A stretch of DNA of 64,000 nt from positions 32,056,001-32,120,000 of the forward strand of contig NC_087444.1 of NCBI RefSeq assembly GCF_036321535.1, written 5' to 3'. Shown piece after piece: positions 28,624-41,810 of this stretch (positions are counted from its first letter, which is position 1; every line of letters starts with the position of its first letter). The notes beneath the pieces are model-generated. The model did not search any database. It was not told the DNA's origin and worked only from the letters and a program-made list of their open reading frames with translations. The stretch comes from Camelus dromedarius. Its lineage: Eukaryota. Position numbers and translations under genes: made by a program.

Positions 28624-28971
28624 GTACTTTTCTCAGAATTGCTCTGTACCATATTGCTTGGTCCATTTTATGCCCAAACTTAGGAGGCTTTACTTAATAG
28701 GCTTTGAAAACTAATCCATTTGTAGTAAACCCGAGTGCCTTTTGGCTAGGTTAGACATTCATACATTGGTTTAACTTTTATCTTCTAGTCGGGGCAGGGA
28801 AGAAAGAGCAGTCAGCTTGAAATATGGATTACTGTCGGTTGCTTTGGTGTCTTGACTATAGTCAGTCTTTCATTCTAACTAAAATCAAAACCTGGTCTGT
28901 GAAAAGACCATTATGGACAAACCCAATAATATAAAACTGTTCATGAATTTGAAAACCTAGATGAAATAGAA

Positions 28972-29119
28972 AATTAAAAATTTTTTTTTAAATTTTTACT
29001 TATTTTTTTGGTGGGGGGAGGTAATCAGTTTTATTATATATTTAATGGAGGAACTGGGGACTGAACCCAGGACCTCGTGCATGCTAGGCATGCACCCTCC
29101 ACTGAGCTATACCCTCCCC
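28972..29119 (-). mobile_element. tRNA-Ala-derived camelid-type SINE (Vic-1-like)
   Basis: Reverse SINE body; TSD atgaaatagaa at 28961-28971 and 29120-29130. Confidence 0.9.
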
Positions 29120-29237
29120 ATGAAATAGAAGTATTTTTGAAAACTGTTACCCAAATTGATCCAAGAAAAAATTGAGAACCTGAATAGACCATCATTTCTG
29201 AAAAAAATTGGATTAGTAGTAAAAAGTTTCTTTCCCT

Positions 29238-29395
29238 GGGGAGGGTATAGCTCAAATGGGAGAGCACATACTTAGTATGCAGGAGGTCCTGGGTTCAATT
29301 CCCTGTACCTCCTTTAAAAATAAATAAACCTAGTTACCTCCCCCGCAAAAATTAAAAAAAAAAATTAAAAAAAAAAAGAAACTAGGAAAAAAAAT
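29238..29395 (+). mobile_element. tRNA-Ala-derived camelid-type SINE (Vic-1-like)
   Basis: ggggagggtatagctcaaatggg...ggtcctgggttcaatt...A-rich tail; TSD gtttctttccct at 29226-29237 and 29396-29407. Confidence 0.9.
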
Positions 29396-29974
29396 GTTTC
29401 TTTCCCTTAGAAGATTTAAGGTCCAGAGTTTTCAGGGACCTTAAATTTCTCCAGAGATTAGAAAAAGAATAAAAGCTTTTGTACCACTTTAGGAGCATAA
29501 TGTAACTTTAGTACCAAAACAGGAAGGATTGTAATGAGAAAAATTTGCGGACTGCTTATACTTATGACCATAGGGAATGAAAATCTTAAGTTTTAGTAAA
29601 TCGAATTCAGGAGTGTTTTATATGCATCATAACAAAGTAAGATTTTCGTAGGAGCTCAGAGATGTTCACCATTAACAATCAGTATCAGTTGAAAAGACTA
29701 AAGGAGAGCAACTATATTTGTGGTTATCTAAATTTCATCAGGCTTGGGTAAGTGATTCAGTCCCTTTTGTTTCAAGTCATTTGTGTTGGGAGTGATGTTT
29801 TAAATGAAATATGTGTGTTGTTGGTGGAGGATTTTGGAGAAGAATGATACAAGACAGCACTAGTCTTTAAGCATTAAACCTTAGGAAGAGACTGCATATT
29901 AAGCAGAAGAATTAAAAAAAACAGATTCTCGTTACTTGCTGTTACATATTACTTTGCTTTTCACTTATGAGAGT

Positions 29975-30870
29975 TTCATTCATTAAACAGATTTTTGCTG
30001 AGCCTCTACAGTCAATATGTGCAGAGTCATTCTACTGGGCTTTGGGACTGCAGTGGTGAAAAAATATTTGTGGTGTCTCCCATGTAAGATTGAGTGTAGC
30101 AGTGAACACATACTAGTAATAAAAAAATTGCCAGAGTGTACCAAATGCCATGACAGTGTAAAGGAGGGGTCCCTAACCTAGGGAAAGGAAGAGAATGGGT
30201 TAGAGAAAGCTTTTCAAAGAAGTGCTCTCAGCTGAGACCTGAAGACTAGTTAGGAGTTAGCTAGGTGCAGTGGAGGTGGAAGAATTTCTGTTGTGGGCAA
30301 AGGGAACAGGATACACAAAGTCCCTAATGCAGGAAAAAACATGGTTCACTGAACTGAAAGCTCATTGTGATTGGATCATTAGAGCTAAAGGGCTTGGGTA
30401 GAGGTAGTGGTGGGGAGGGAGCTACTGAGGGATTTTAAGCAGGAGAATAACGACATGTTAAAGGTGAACATTTTAGAAAGATCACTTACATTTTGGTAAC
30501 GGAATGGAGGAGATTAAGACTTAAGTCAGGAGACTGGTCAGAAGCTGTTTCACTAAACCAGGAGAGATTCACAGCATAAAGACTGCTAAGGAGTTAGAAT
30601 CAATGGAATTCTATTCAATGTCAGAGGAGAGAGAATTGAAAGATGATAACCTGGATTCTGTTTTGGTCTGTTGGTCAATTGTAGTGTTCTTTAAGGTGGA
30701 GAACCCAGGAGATAGAGTAGGTTTGGGAAGGAACTTGGTGCTTGTTTATGAATACATTCGCTTTCAAGCTGCTATGGAATATCCATGTCAGTGTCCAGTA
30801 GGCAGCTGGATTATAGGTCTGAGAACTGAGTTCTGAGCTTGGAGCTAAACATTTAGATGCTTTATCAGTT
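29975..30870. mobile_element. Degenerate L2 LINE (approximate bounds)
   Basis: ttcattcattaaacagattttt start; gagggattttaagcaggaga...ttttagaaagatcact L2 motifs. Confidence 0.6.
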
Positions 30871-31067
30871 ACCAGGACAGGCTGAGATCACTACCAAACT
30901 GTGCTCCATTCTTCCCTAGCATAACTATCAGGGAAAAGAAACACCGTGTTCCTCACCGTCAGGCACACTGTACCTTTAAGTTGTGCTGAAGGAGAGAAGG
31001 GATGGAAAGCTAAATTGTAATTCGTGGTTATGTCAAATCATTGCTGAATTTCATTTTATCTTGACAG

Positions 31068-31180
31068 TTCCCGGAGGGTCAGATGGTCCAAGTGGAGTGC
31101 TGATCTGCTCTGAAAACTATATCACCTACAAGAACTTTGGTGACCAACCGGATATCCGCTGTCCAATTCCCAGGAGACGG
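31068..31180 (+). CDS. SF3B3: SF3B3 exon 6
   Basis: (V)PGGSDGPSGVLICSENYITYKNFGDQPDIRCPIPRRR; 113 nt. Confidence 0.97.
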
Positions 31181-32381
31181 GTAAGATCTTTGTTTGCCAT
31201 AAGAGAAAATAAATTTTGTCTTTGTGAAGTGAACTTGATTTTGTAATTATAGTGTAGTTTCTTACATTATCTGTTTAACAAGTTTTAGTTTCTTTGTAAA
31301 TGTTTTTAATAAAGCCAGTAAAATACTTCAGTAAAAACAAAATAAAATCTTCGAGAAAGGAAGTTAAAAATCAACACAATTTTATGTTGTACACCTAAAA
31401 CTGATGTTGTAAATCAGTTGTACTTCAGTTAAAAAAAAAACCAACACAATTTCCATTTTTGAAGATCCTGTGGACACTATCAGTTTGAAATTCTGAAAGT
31501 TTATAGTTTGAAGAAGCCAGGCATATTCGTTGGAGATAAATTGTCTTTCATTTTGTTTGTCTTCCCCCTGCCCCCCACCCCCTGCTCCTTTGCCCTATTC
31601 CAACATACAGAAAAATTAAAAGAGAACAGTGGATTCTTGTATGCCTTTCACTTAGTTTCACCAATTAATATTGCTTTGGCTACATTTGTGTTTTCTTATA
31701 TGCCTCTGTACTTTAGGCAAAACCATTTGAAAGTAAGTTGCAGGCATCTTGACACGTCAAGATGTAGCATCTAAGAATGAGGAAATTTTCCTGCATATCC
31801 ATACTATTAATATTGTGCCCATGAAATTTACTATTTTGAATAATATGATTTTCTTACATACAGTTCATATACCAGTTTCTCTCATCTCTCAAAGTTTTCT
31901 TATGTCTACCTTTTGTCTCCTTAAATTTAGAGTATTTTTTCTCACCTTTGTTTTTGGTCTTTTATGATATGGACATTTTTTAAGAGTCTGGGCTAATTTT
32001 TTTGTAATTTGTTCCATAATCTTTTTCTACTTGATTATATCCATGTTAATGTTTTCAATAGAATTACTACTCAGGTGATGATATGTATTTCTTACTACAT
32101 CACATTAGGGGCATATAATGTTGGTTTGATTCATTATTGGTGATGCTGAATTGATCACTTTATTAAGATGGTGCCTGCCCACCTCCCTTCATTGTAAAGG
32201 TACCTTTTCCTTTTTGGGATTGGTATGGAAACTGGTGGTGAACTTTGAGGCTGTGTAAATATCTTTTTCCCCAAAATCTTTTCACACAGTGCTTATCCCC
32301 TCAGTCATTTACCACACTGTTGGTTGATGGTGGTGTTTATTGCTTTTAATTTTATGTTTACCCTGGAAATTATTAAGCATA

Positions 32382-32531
32382 CAATTGGCCCTCTGTATCT
32401 GCAGTTAGCATCTGTGGATATGGAGGGCTGACTATTCCTTTTACCACCTCATTTTGTATAGCATCCATGGATTTTGGTATCATTGGGGGCTCCTTGAACC
32501 AGTCCCCTGCAGATACCGAGGGGTGATTGTA
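32382..32531. mobile_element. MER2-type Tigger MITE
   Basis: Imperfect inverted ends caattggccctctgtatctgcag / ctgcagataccgaggggtgattg with TA flanks. Confidence 0.65.
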
Positions 32532-33049
32532 TGTATAATGAACTTCTGTGGATCCATCTTCAGCAGTTATGAACAGCACATGGCTAATCCTGCTTGATCT
32601 CTGCTTCTTCAATCTCTCTTCTCACCCTGGATGATTTATCTTTTTAATATTAAGTTATAGGTCCTGGGGTTAAATGTTTTAGGACTTAGTTTGTCTACTA
32701 CATGGCATCCGAGTAAGAGTCCATTAATTTTAGAAAATCTGATAAGATTAGCAAGTTAAATTCTTAGTAAGGGGTGGGAAGTAATTCAATTTAGTTTACT
32801 AGAAATTTATTGAGCACCTGACCCAAGTGCTGTACTTGGCTTTGGGTCTACAAAGGAGTACAAAACATGTTTTTCCCTCAAAGGGCTTACTCTGAGAGAA
32901 GTACAAAATGCTGGATACATTAAAAGAAAAAAAAAATCTAGCCAAGGGGGATGCCTTTTAGGAATCAGGGAAGTTGATACAGAATAGGAAAAAAAAATTG
33001 AACTGATGATGGATGGTATTGTTGTGGACATGTTAAGAGTCTTTTATTC

Positions 33050-33143
33050 ACAGCCTGAAATGATGGTTGTTTACATTTCATGTCTCTTCTCTTGACATTT
33101 TTCTTTGGAGATAGTTCTTACCTTATTGATCTGATCAGGCTGT
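33050..33143 (+). ncRNA. SNORD111: Box C/D snoRNA, SNORD111-like, with variant boxes
   Basis: 9-bp terminal stem acagcctga/tcaggctgt, C box ATGATGG 33060-33066, same guide tcatgtctcttct, D' region CTTGA 33091-33095, D box CTGA 33131-33134. Confidence 0.85.
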
Positions 33144-33394
33144 AGAGTGAAGTTGTGGCTTTTTTTTTTTTTTTTTTTAACCCAGGCTTATGTATCTATA
33201 GTAGACAAGGATTTTTGGTTATTGTGTTTTAGTCTTGTGATTGGTAGGCTGCTCTGGGTCAAAGCTTGTATGGAGAGGTTTCAGGTGCCTTTAGGCCCTG
33301 GGTGGCCTGTATGGTCCTTGTTGGTAAGGTGCTGAATTCCAGAAATAAGAAATACTCATTTCTAAGATGTTGGTTGTGTATTTGACTTTGCTAG

Positions 33395-33532
33395 AATGAC
33401 CTGGATGACCCTGAAAGAGGAATGATTTTTGTCTGCTCTGCCACCCATAAGACCAAATCGATGTTCTTCTTTTTGGCCCAAACAGAGCAGGGAGATATCT
33501 TTAAGATTACTTTGGAGACAGATGAAGATATG
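33395..33532 (+). CDS. SF3B3: SF3B3 exon 7
   Basis: NDLDDPERGMIFVCSATHKTKSMFFFLAQTEQGDIFKITLETDEDM; 138 nt. Confidence 0.97.
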
Positions 33533-34114
33533 GTAAGTTGACCATAGCTGAAGGGGGAAAAAAATGAAAAAAGCCCATTTGTTATGGTTAGTTTAGTTTG
33601 ATAACTTCCTACAATTTCATTCTAATTTTAATATAACATTTAAAAACTGGTAAGTACATTTAAGGTTTACAAAGTGGTTCTATAAACCGTTTGTTCATTG
33701 CATCTACTCATTGAGGTAGAAAGGACAGTTTATACTTTACACATTAAAAAAATTGAAACAGAATGCCTTAAAAAGTGGTTGTGTAAGGTGTTAAGGCTTT
33801 TAACATGTTGATTGCCACATCACCCAAATCTGGGTGACAGTTGTGTTTCCTCAGGGGTACCCAATCCACAGTGGGGAATCAACGTGTAAAGCTTGGAACT
33901 GGTATATGAATGTAGGTTTTCCCACTCTGGTTTAAGAGATTTCTGGTCTGATAGTCTCACATATAATATGAGACTGGATAATGCTACTTTTACTGAATAG
34001 CAAGAGAAAGCTCTCCATGTCTAATGAAAACTGGTAATACACATGGTCTTCTACTTCTTTCATTCCATGGAGGAACTCTGAATACCGGGCAATTTAATAG
34101 ATACCTGTTTAGTT

Positions 34115-34285
34115 CAAGAGTTGGCAAGCTTTTTTTGTAAAGGCCAGGTAGTGAACATTATCAGCTTTTGTAGGCTATGTGGTTGTCTCAGCTGCTCATC
34201 TCTGCTATTATGACACAAAAGCAGCGATAGGCAGTATGTAAACGAATGGGCATGCCAGGTCTGCAGGCTGTAGTTTGCTGACCTG
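34115..34285. mobile_element. MER58A-like DNA transposon (approximate bounds)
   Basis: gttggcaagctttttgtaaaggccagg...gctgtagtttgctgacc. Confidence 0.65.
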
Positions 34286-34406
34286 TGGTATGGATATGAA
34301 GGACAGTACTTTATTTGCTGCTTTAAGCTATCATAATACTGGGCTACCTTCCGTGAGCTAGCTTCACTTGCCTACACACTAGAATCTTTTTCTCCTTTTA
34401 TTCTAG

Positions 34407-34510
34407 GTTACTGAGATCCGGCTCAAGTATTTTGATACTGTGCCTGTTGCTGCTGCCATGTGTGTGCTTAAAACAGGCTTCCTTTTTGTAGCATCAGAAT
34501 TTGGAAATCA
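34407..34510 (+). CDS. SF3B3: SF3B3 exon 8
   Basis: VTEIRLKYFDTVPVAAAMCVLKTGFLFVASEFGN(H); 104 nt. Confidence 0.97.
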
Positions 34511-35704
34511 GTAAGTAATCCTTTTATTACCCTGTTTCACCCTGGTTACTATAAAAGTTGATGGGAGGGAGATGTAGCTCCCAGGCCACTGAGCTTTCCC
34601 CAGGAATGTTTTAGTTTCTTCAAAAAAAGTTTTGCCCTCTGTTCCCTTTTACATTTTTTCTCTTGATGTCTTCCTCTGCTTCAGTGGCTTCAATCAATAC
34701 CTGTGGGTAGCTGCAAAAAATAGCCTTAGAAGTGATCTCTTGATTTTTGCTGAACATTTCATTGAATATTTGTTGAACTGCTTAGTATCAAATAGATGTT
34801 GCACAAACACTTCTCTTACATAAATCTGCAGTTGAAGCTCATTGGTACCCACAGCTTCCCAGCCACATCACCAACCCTCCCAACCTCACCGTTTCTGTTA
34901 ATGTCTGATGGGCCAGTTCTAGCAACTTGAGTGTAAAAATCTCAGTTTTTGCTGTCCTCCACAACTTTCAGTTGAATGCTAAGTTCTGCTTTTACTTCTG
35001 TATACCTTTTTTGTGGTTCTAGTCTGAGTTAGTTCCCTAGTTTTTTTATTGCTATGTTTTCTTTCCTATAAAACTCAACCTTTATAGAGTCATCTCATTA
35101 AGCAGATAAGACACAACTTTGCTGAAATAATTTCCACATCCCTGTTTTACAATCTCTGATGGCTTTTCATTGACAAATACATTACATCTGACCTCTAGCT
35201 AAAGTCTGTGTAAACCACTTGTCTAAAGCTATTTCTTCATAATGAAAATGAAGGTGTTGTCTAGGATTCTGGGATTGTATGCCATTTCTCCTTATCTTTA
35301 ACATGCCTTTTGTTCATCCTCATTGATTTTATTCCAACTGTCCTGTTATTACTCCTTTTCCCAATTTATAGCTGTTTTGTTGCACTTTTCACATTAAGTC
35401 TGTTATGTCTGTTTTTAATCCATTTCTATTTTTTTAGTTTTTTTCTTAAGGAATTTTCATTGTCGAAAAGTCAGAACGTGTATGTAAGCAAAAATGTCAC
35501 CTATAATCCTTCTACCCAAAGATATTTTTGTGTACCCTTCTGAAGTGTATATATATTTAAATGTTTTTACAGCAATACAACTATGCACTATATATTTTTT
35601 TGTAACTTGCTTTTAAAATATAGTAATAAATGATAAATATTTTTCTATACCAGTAAACAGATCTTTAACATCATTTACTTTTTGGTAGCATCTTTTTGTC
35701 CTCC

Positions 35705-37530
35705 ACTTTTTTGTGGTAAAATGTATATAACAAAATTTGCTATTTTAACCATTTTTAACTTTAATTTGGTAGCATTGATTACATTTACAGTGTTGTGTAG
35801 TCATCACTGCCATTTTCCCAAACTTTTTCATCACTTCAAACAGAAACTCTGTACTGATTAGGGAATGATTCCCCATTCCTGTTTCCTAGCTCCTAGTAAC
35901 CTAAGTGGAATGGTACAACATTTGCTCTTTCCTGTCTGACTTATTTTTCTTAGCTTATATCATAATATTTTCAGGGTTCATGTGTAGCATTATCAGCACT
36001 TTATTTTTTATCTTTGAATAATAATCTACTGTATGTCTACCACATTTTGTTTATCTGTTAATGAACACTTGGATTCTTTCCACCTTTTGCCTATTGTGAA
36101 AATGCTGCATTGGACATTAGTCTGCAAATTTATCTGTTTGAGTCTTTTTTAAATTTGTTTGGCTATGTATCCAAGAGTGGAATTGCTGGGTCATATGTGG
36201 AACTGCTGAGCTTTTCTATAGCCACTGTGCCATTCTACATTTCTAGTATGTGAGGGTTCCAGTATCTCCATATCCTCAGCAACGATTGTTATTTTTTCAC
36301 TTTTTTGGTTATAGGCAATAGATGTGAAGTGATATTTCTTTGTGGTTTTGATTTGCGTTTCACCTGGGATTAGTGATGTTGAGTATCTTTTCATGTGCTA
36401 ATTGGTCATTTGTTTACCTTTGGAGAAATGTTTAAGTTTTTTACTTGGGTGGTTTGTCTTTTTTTTTATTTGCAAGAGTTTTTTTTAATATTCTGAGTAT
36501 TAATCTGTTATCAGATTCATGGTTTGCAAATATGTTTTCCTATTCTGTAGTTGTCTTCATTTTCTTGATAATGTTTTTTGATGCACTAAAGTTTTTAATT
36601 TGATGAAGTTCAGTTTATCCTTTTTTCCTTTGTTCCTTGTGCTTTTTGTATTCTAAGAATCCATTGCTAAATTCAAGGGTATGAAGATTTACCCCTGTTT
36701 TCTTCTCAGGGTTTTATGAATTTATTTTTTATGATTAGGTTGTTGATCCGCTTTTTAAAATTGAACTGTAGTTGATTTACAGTATTGTGTTTCACATTTT
36801 TTCATTTCAGATTTTTTTCCATTACAGATTATTATAAGATATTGAATATAATTCTCTGTGCTATACAGTAAATTCTTGTTCTTTATTTTATATATAGTAC
36901 TATGTATGTATTAACTCCATACTGCTAATTTATTCTCTGCCCCTTTCCCTTTTGGTAAACTGTAAGTTTATTTTCTATATCTGAGTCTGCTGCTGCTTTT
37001 TTCTTTTTTCTTTCTTTTTTGTTTGGTAGTATAGTCAGTTTACAATGTTGCATCAATTTCTGGTATATCACATAATGTTTCAGTCATGTATATTTGTTTT
37101 CATGTTTTTCATTTTAGGTTACTATTGTTCTTTTTAAAATAAGTTCATTTGTGCTTTTAGATTCCACATGTAAGTGATATCAGATAATATTTGTCTTTCT
37201 CTGTCTGGCTTCACTTAGTATGATAATCTCTAGGTCCATCCATGTTGCTGCAAATGGCAGTATTTCATTCTTTTTATGGCTGCGTTATATTTGTGTGTGT
37301 GTGTGTGTGTGTGTGTGTATGCATTTGCGTGTGCATGTGCACATCCACACCACATCTTTATCCATTCAGCTGTCAGTGGACACTTAGGTTACTTTCATGT
37401 CTTAGCTATTGTAGATAGTGCTGCTATGAACATTGGTGTGCATGAGTTAAAATTTTTATAGGGTGCTAAGTAGCAGTTTAAGTTCATGTGGAAATCAGTT
37501 GTCCTAACATTATTTGTTGAATGTACATCA
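35705..37530 (-). mobile_element. Antisense L1 with a nested younger L1 3' end (~36755-37445) (approximate bounds)
   Basis: gagtggaattgctgggtcatatg, gtggttttgatttgcgtttc, gtccatccatgttgctgcaaatggc L1 reverse motifs. Confidence 0.8.
37292..37318. repeat. (TG)n microsatellite
   Basis: Uninterrupted TG dinucleotide run. Confidence 0.9.
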
Positions 37531-39431
37531 TTTTTAATGCCTATACAATATTCCATTATGTGGGCATGAGTTAATTTACTTAAATAAGCTTTTATTTGTT
37601 GTTAAATAGACTTAAGGATATGGTTGCTAGATTGAAGAGTACACGTTTTCAAAGTTTTTGACACATTGCTTAATTACTAAAAGTTTTTGCTGATTTATGT
37701 TTTGCAGCAGGGTATGTTGTCTATTTTGCTTCATATTGTCGACACTAGGAATATATATATATATTTCAAGCTTTGCTAATTTGGTAAAATTTTTGTTTAA
37801 TAAAAAGATTGGACTTTTTTCATTTATTTGCCTAGCAGTATATCTTCTGTTAATTGCTTAATCCTATCTCTGTGTAATTTCCTATACTATCCTTTAGTCA
37901 GGGACATTTTGGGAGAGGCAGTATAATAGCCTACCGTAAACTCTGAAGTCACACTGCCTGGATTACAATCTTGGTTTTATGTTTTCTAGCAGTATGTCTC
38001 AATTTTCTCCTTTATCAAGTGGGGATAATAATAATGTATATCTTACTGGATTTCGTGGGTATTTAATACAAATGTCAGATACTAAAAAGTACTTTTATTG
38101 TGTGAGCATTCAGTAAATGTTGATTACTCCCATTCTTGTTATTTTACTCTGGAATGTAGAAAGTTTTGGAGAGTGAATAAAGAGCAAATAAGTAATAAAA
38201 ACTACTCATAATCCTAGGATTCCAGAATAGTCACTTTAACATTTTGTTGTTATCTACTTCCATTATCTTTACTTTCTAACATGTATATGTAGTTTTAGTT
38301 TAGAGAACTGAAACATTCTATAAAAAACTATTAGTTTACTTTTTCAAAAAAGCAGTACATCTTAAAAAAAACTTTCTGTATCAATGAGTCTTTATTTTTC
38401 ACTTAAAATTTTTATTTTGTTTTTTCATTATGGAAATTTTCTAACAGGCACAAAGGAAGAGAGAATAGTATAATTAATGAATAACACTATTCAGTATAAC
38501 TGCATGTGCCCATCACTCAGCTTCAACAAAGGCCAACCCATGACAAATCTTACTTTATTTACACCTCCCGAAAATAATAATAGTTTATTAATATAATCAA
38601 ATGGCCAGTTAATATTCAGATTTCTCTATTGTCTCAATATTTCTCCAGTTGATCTGTTCAGATCAGAATATTAGCAAGACCCATACATTGCATTTGGTGT
38701 ACAGTATACATTTTTACCGGCTACATAATATTTTATGGCTATATCCCCTATTGCTGGGTATTTAGGTGGTTTGTACTTCTGCTATTATAAACAGTGCTAA
38801 AATGGACTTTGTGGGTATATCTTGGCACGTTAGCTGAATAAAGCCATAGTTAAAATTCCTGTATGTGGGGTGAGATTTTGATAGGAATGCCAAATTGTCT
38901 TTCAAAAGATGGTATCATTTTACATTCCCACCAACAGTGTGAGGAACCTTTTTTCTTTTCGGTACATGACAAAGGGAGAGTTAATAAGCTTTTGAAAATC
39001 ATTGAATAAAAATGAGCAGTTCAGTCAATAGAAAAATGGTTACAGGATTTGAGCATGCTTTTCACAGTAAAAGACATACCAGTGGTCTATAGGTATAATA
39101 TGTAAAAAGATTTTTAAGCTCATTCATAATTGAAGGAATGCCAATCAAAAGAGGGTACCATTTTTTTCATCTAGTAGATTGGCAGACATTAAAAACTTAC
39201 ATAATAACCTGTACTGATAAGGCTATAGCTGCAGACATAAGGTATTATCTTCTTGCCCATTACCTTGTGCAGATAGTGTGTTTGCTAGGATTTACACATC
39301 CCTATAGTCTATAAAGTCTTCTAAAAGTTTTTAATACAGACAGTGATTTCTTTTGTTCTGAAGAATAGTGGTGTACATTTGTTGAGTACTTGTCTGTATG
39401 TATCAGGCACTGTTCTGAATGCTTTTCTTAT

Positions 39432-39930
39432 ATTGTCTTATCTTGGGTTCTCCTGTAAGCAAAGCCTGAGAAAAGGACTAAGGTGCCAGGTAGATTACTG
39501 GGAGGTAATTGCAGGAAGCAAGAGTGAGAGATCAGTGGGGAGAGGTAGGGAAAGAAGACAAGCCAATATTAAGGGTGTGTTGCCAAGGTTCCTGCTGTGG
39601 GCTATGGAAACTGGCTTCTGTCAAGACCTGCTGAGAAGCATGCAGAATGCCTCTGAAATTGGCCGCCTGGAGGTTAACACCAGCTCCTCTCCCTCCTGGG
39701 TTGAAAGTTACTCCTGGGGGCATGATCTCTCCTGCACCTTCTGTTGCTCAGGCATCCTCTCCTGGAATAGATGTTTTGGGGCAGAGGCCAGAAAGCTTAC
39801 AATGCACAGATGGGATATTTATCAGAGTGAGATGGGTTTGAGCTTGTGAGAAATTAGCCATTACTGCTGCTGCTGAAATCTAGAAGACTTAAGAGTGGTG
39901 ATTTGGGATATCAGAAACATGTACTATGGG
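39432..39930. mobile_element. LTR16-like ERVL solo LTR (approximate bounds)
   Basis: ttgggttctcc..aagcaaagcctgagaaaagga...ggtagattactgggaggtaattgcaggaagc resembles the LTR16 family. Confidence 0.55.
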
Positions 39931-40671
39931 TGTTAACTGATAAGGCAACCTGTTCATCAAACACTTAATTGACCGTTTACTATGTTCTAAGCACTTTACA
40001 AATATTAATGAGTAACATACTCTATAACAGTGTTGTTATCCCATTTATAGTTTAGGGAACTGGTGTCACAGAATTTAAGAAATTTGATCACACAACTAAA
40101 TCTGACTAAAACCTAGACCACCTGGTTCCAGAGTTCCTGCTCTGAAGCATAGCACTATAGTCATGGAAACTGATTCAACCAGAGCAACCTTTCCTGTGAT
40201 AGAGATAGTGAACCCAGCATCCTTTTGGTTATCTAGCAGTTACTAGACAGGGAAGGTATCTTTGACAGGTGATCTTTATCATCTGTATATAGACACCTTG
40301 CCTGAATAAGGAGTTTGTATTACTTAACTTTTTATATTCTGTCTTCTCGATGCATTTGTAAATCGTTCAAGGATAACAACTACTTGCTTTTCCATAATTT
40401 AGCATAGAATCTGATGGGTTTACCAAAGTTAAATGCTGATGTTTATTTGGCTTATTTGAGACCCTGATTTAATCATTTATCCTGCTCCTAAAAAGCTACA
40501 TTCGGTTGTTCAAAGTGCTTTGTATTGAAAGTTTGCTATATTACTTAAAGAATAAACATGACCAGCAGCAGTGTAGTGTTTTATTTTAATTGAGCTGCTT
40601 CCCACAAGTAGGCTCATTGCATACTCAGTTTGTGATGGTATATTGTTACAGATTATCTACTCCTAAATTCC

Positions 40672-40721
40672 TTTCTCTCTCTCTTTCTCTCTCTCTTTTG
40701 TGTGTGTGTGTGTGTGTGTGT
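40672..40721. repeat. Compound (TC)n(TG)n microsatellite
   Basis: Visible dinucleotide runs. Confidence 0.85.
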
Positions 40722-41644
40722 TTTGTGTTTGAATCAGTTTATAGAGCCAGAGGACAGACAGAAAAGCAAGATGATTTTGTTGCTTATTATTTCTGGATAT
40801 GTTTATGTTTCGTTGTTAGGAATAATATTATCTGCATACTTTTACAAAGTCATCAGTGTTTTTTTTGTTAGATTTGGCCTGGTTAATGGTTAAAATGGGA
40901 AGTGGTTATAGATTTTCTTTGGATTTCCTTTATCCATATTTCATTTTATTTGATAAAAATTGTTCTTATTAGATGCGATGTAATGCTCTAAGTACTCATT
41001 GAATTCTATAGGGAAGTATTGTTCAATTTTGCAAACAAGGCAAGTGAGGCACAGAGAGATAAAGTAATAACACAACTGAGGGGCAGAACTAGGATTCAAA
41101 TCCAGGCACTCTAGTAGAGGCTCAGTGCTTTTTAACCACTGTATGCTGTAACTTCTTGTCACTGTACCAGTTTGAATTCAATAGTCTTACATTTTTTGCC
41201 CCTGCTCTTAAGTAGAAAAGCTCACTCAGATAAGCAGAGATTTCAAACTATAGATGCTGACTCAGCATAAAGTGATTTATGAGCATTATCTGGATGGCAA
41301 ACATCTTCAGACAGAAAATTTTTTAAAAATGCTATTTGCTTTTTTTCTTCCAGTTGTGTTGAGATATAATTGACATACATGGGTGTAAGTTTAAGGTGTG
41401 CAACATAATGATTTGACTTACATATGTCATGAAATGATTACTGCAGTAGGTTTAGTGAACATCCATCATCTCATTTGGTATAACATTAAAGAAATAGAAA
41501 AAAAAATTTTTTCCCTTGCGTTGAGAACTCTTCGGATTTATTGTCTTTTGACAGCTTCCATATATAGCATATTAGTGTTAATTATACTTATCATGTTGTA
41601 CATAAGACAAAGCATTTTAACTAAAGTCTTTTGCTTTTCCCCAG

Positions 41645-41810
41645 TTACTTATATCAAATTGCACATCTTGGAGATGATGATGAAGAACCTGAGTTTTCAT
41701 CTGCCATGCCTCTGGAAGAAGGAGACACATTCTTCTTTCAGCCAAGACCACTCAAAAACCTTGTGCTGGTTGATGAGTTGGACAGCCTCTCTCCCATTTT
41801 GTTTTGCCAG
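41645..41810 (+). CDS. SF3B3: SF3B3 exon 9
   Basis: YLYQIAHLGDDDEEPEFSSAMPLEEGDTFFFQPRPLKNLVLVDELDSLSPILFCQ; 166 nt. Confidence 0.97.

Noticed and set aside
39343..39849. 168-aa plus-strand ORF
   Set aside because: Starts at a non-ATG codon, runs through L2/LTR16-like sequence and resembles no protein I recognise.
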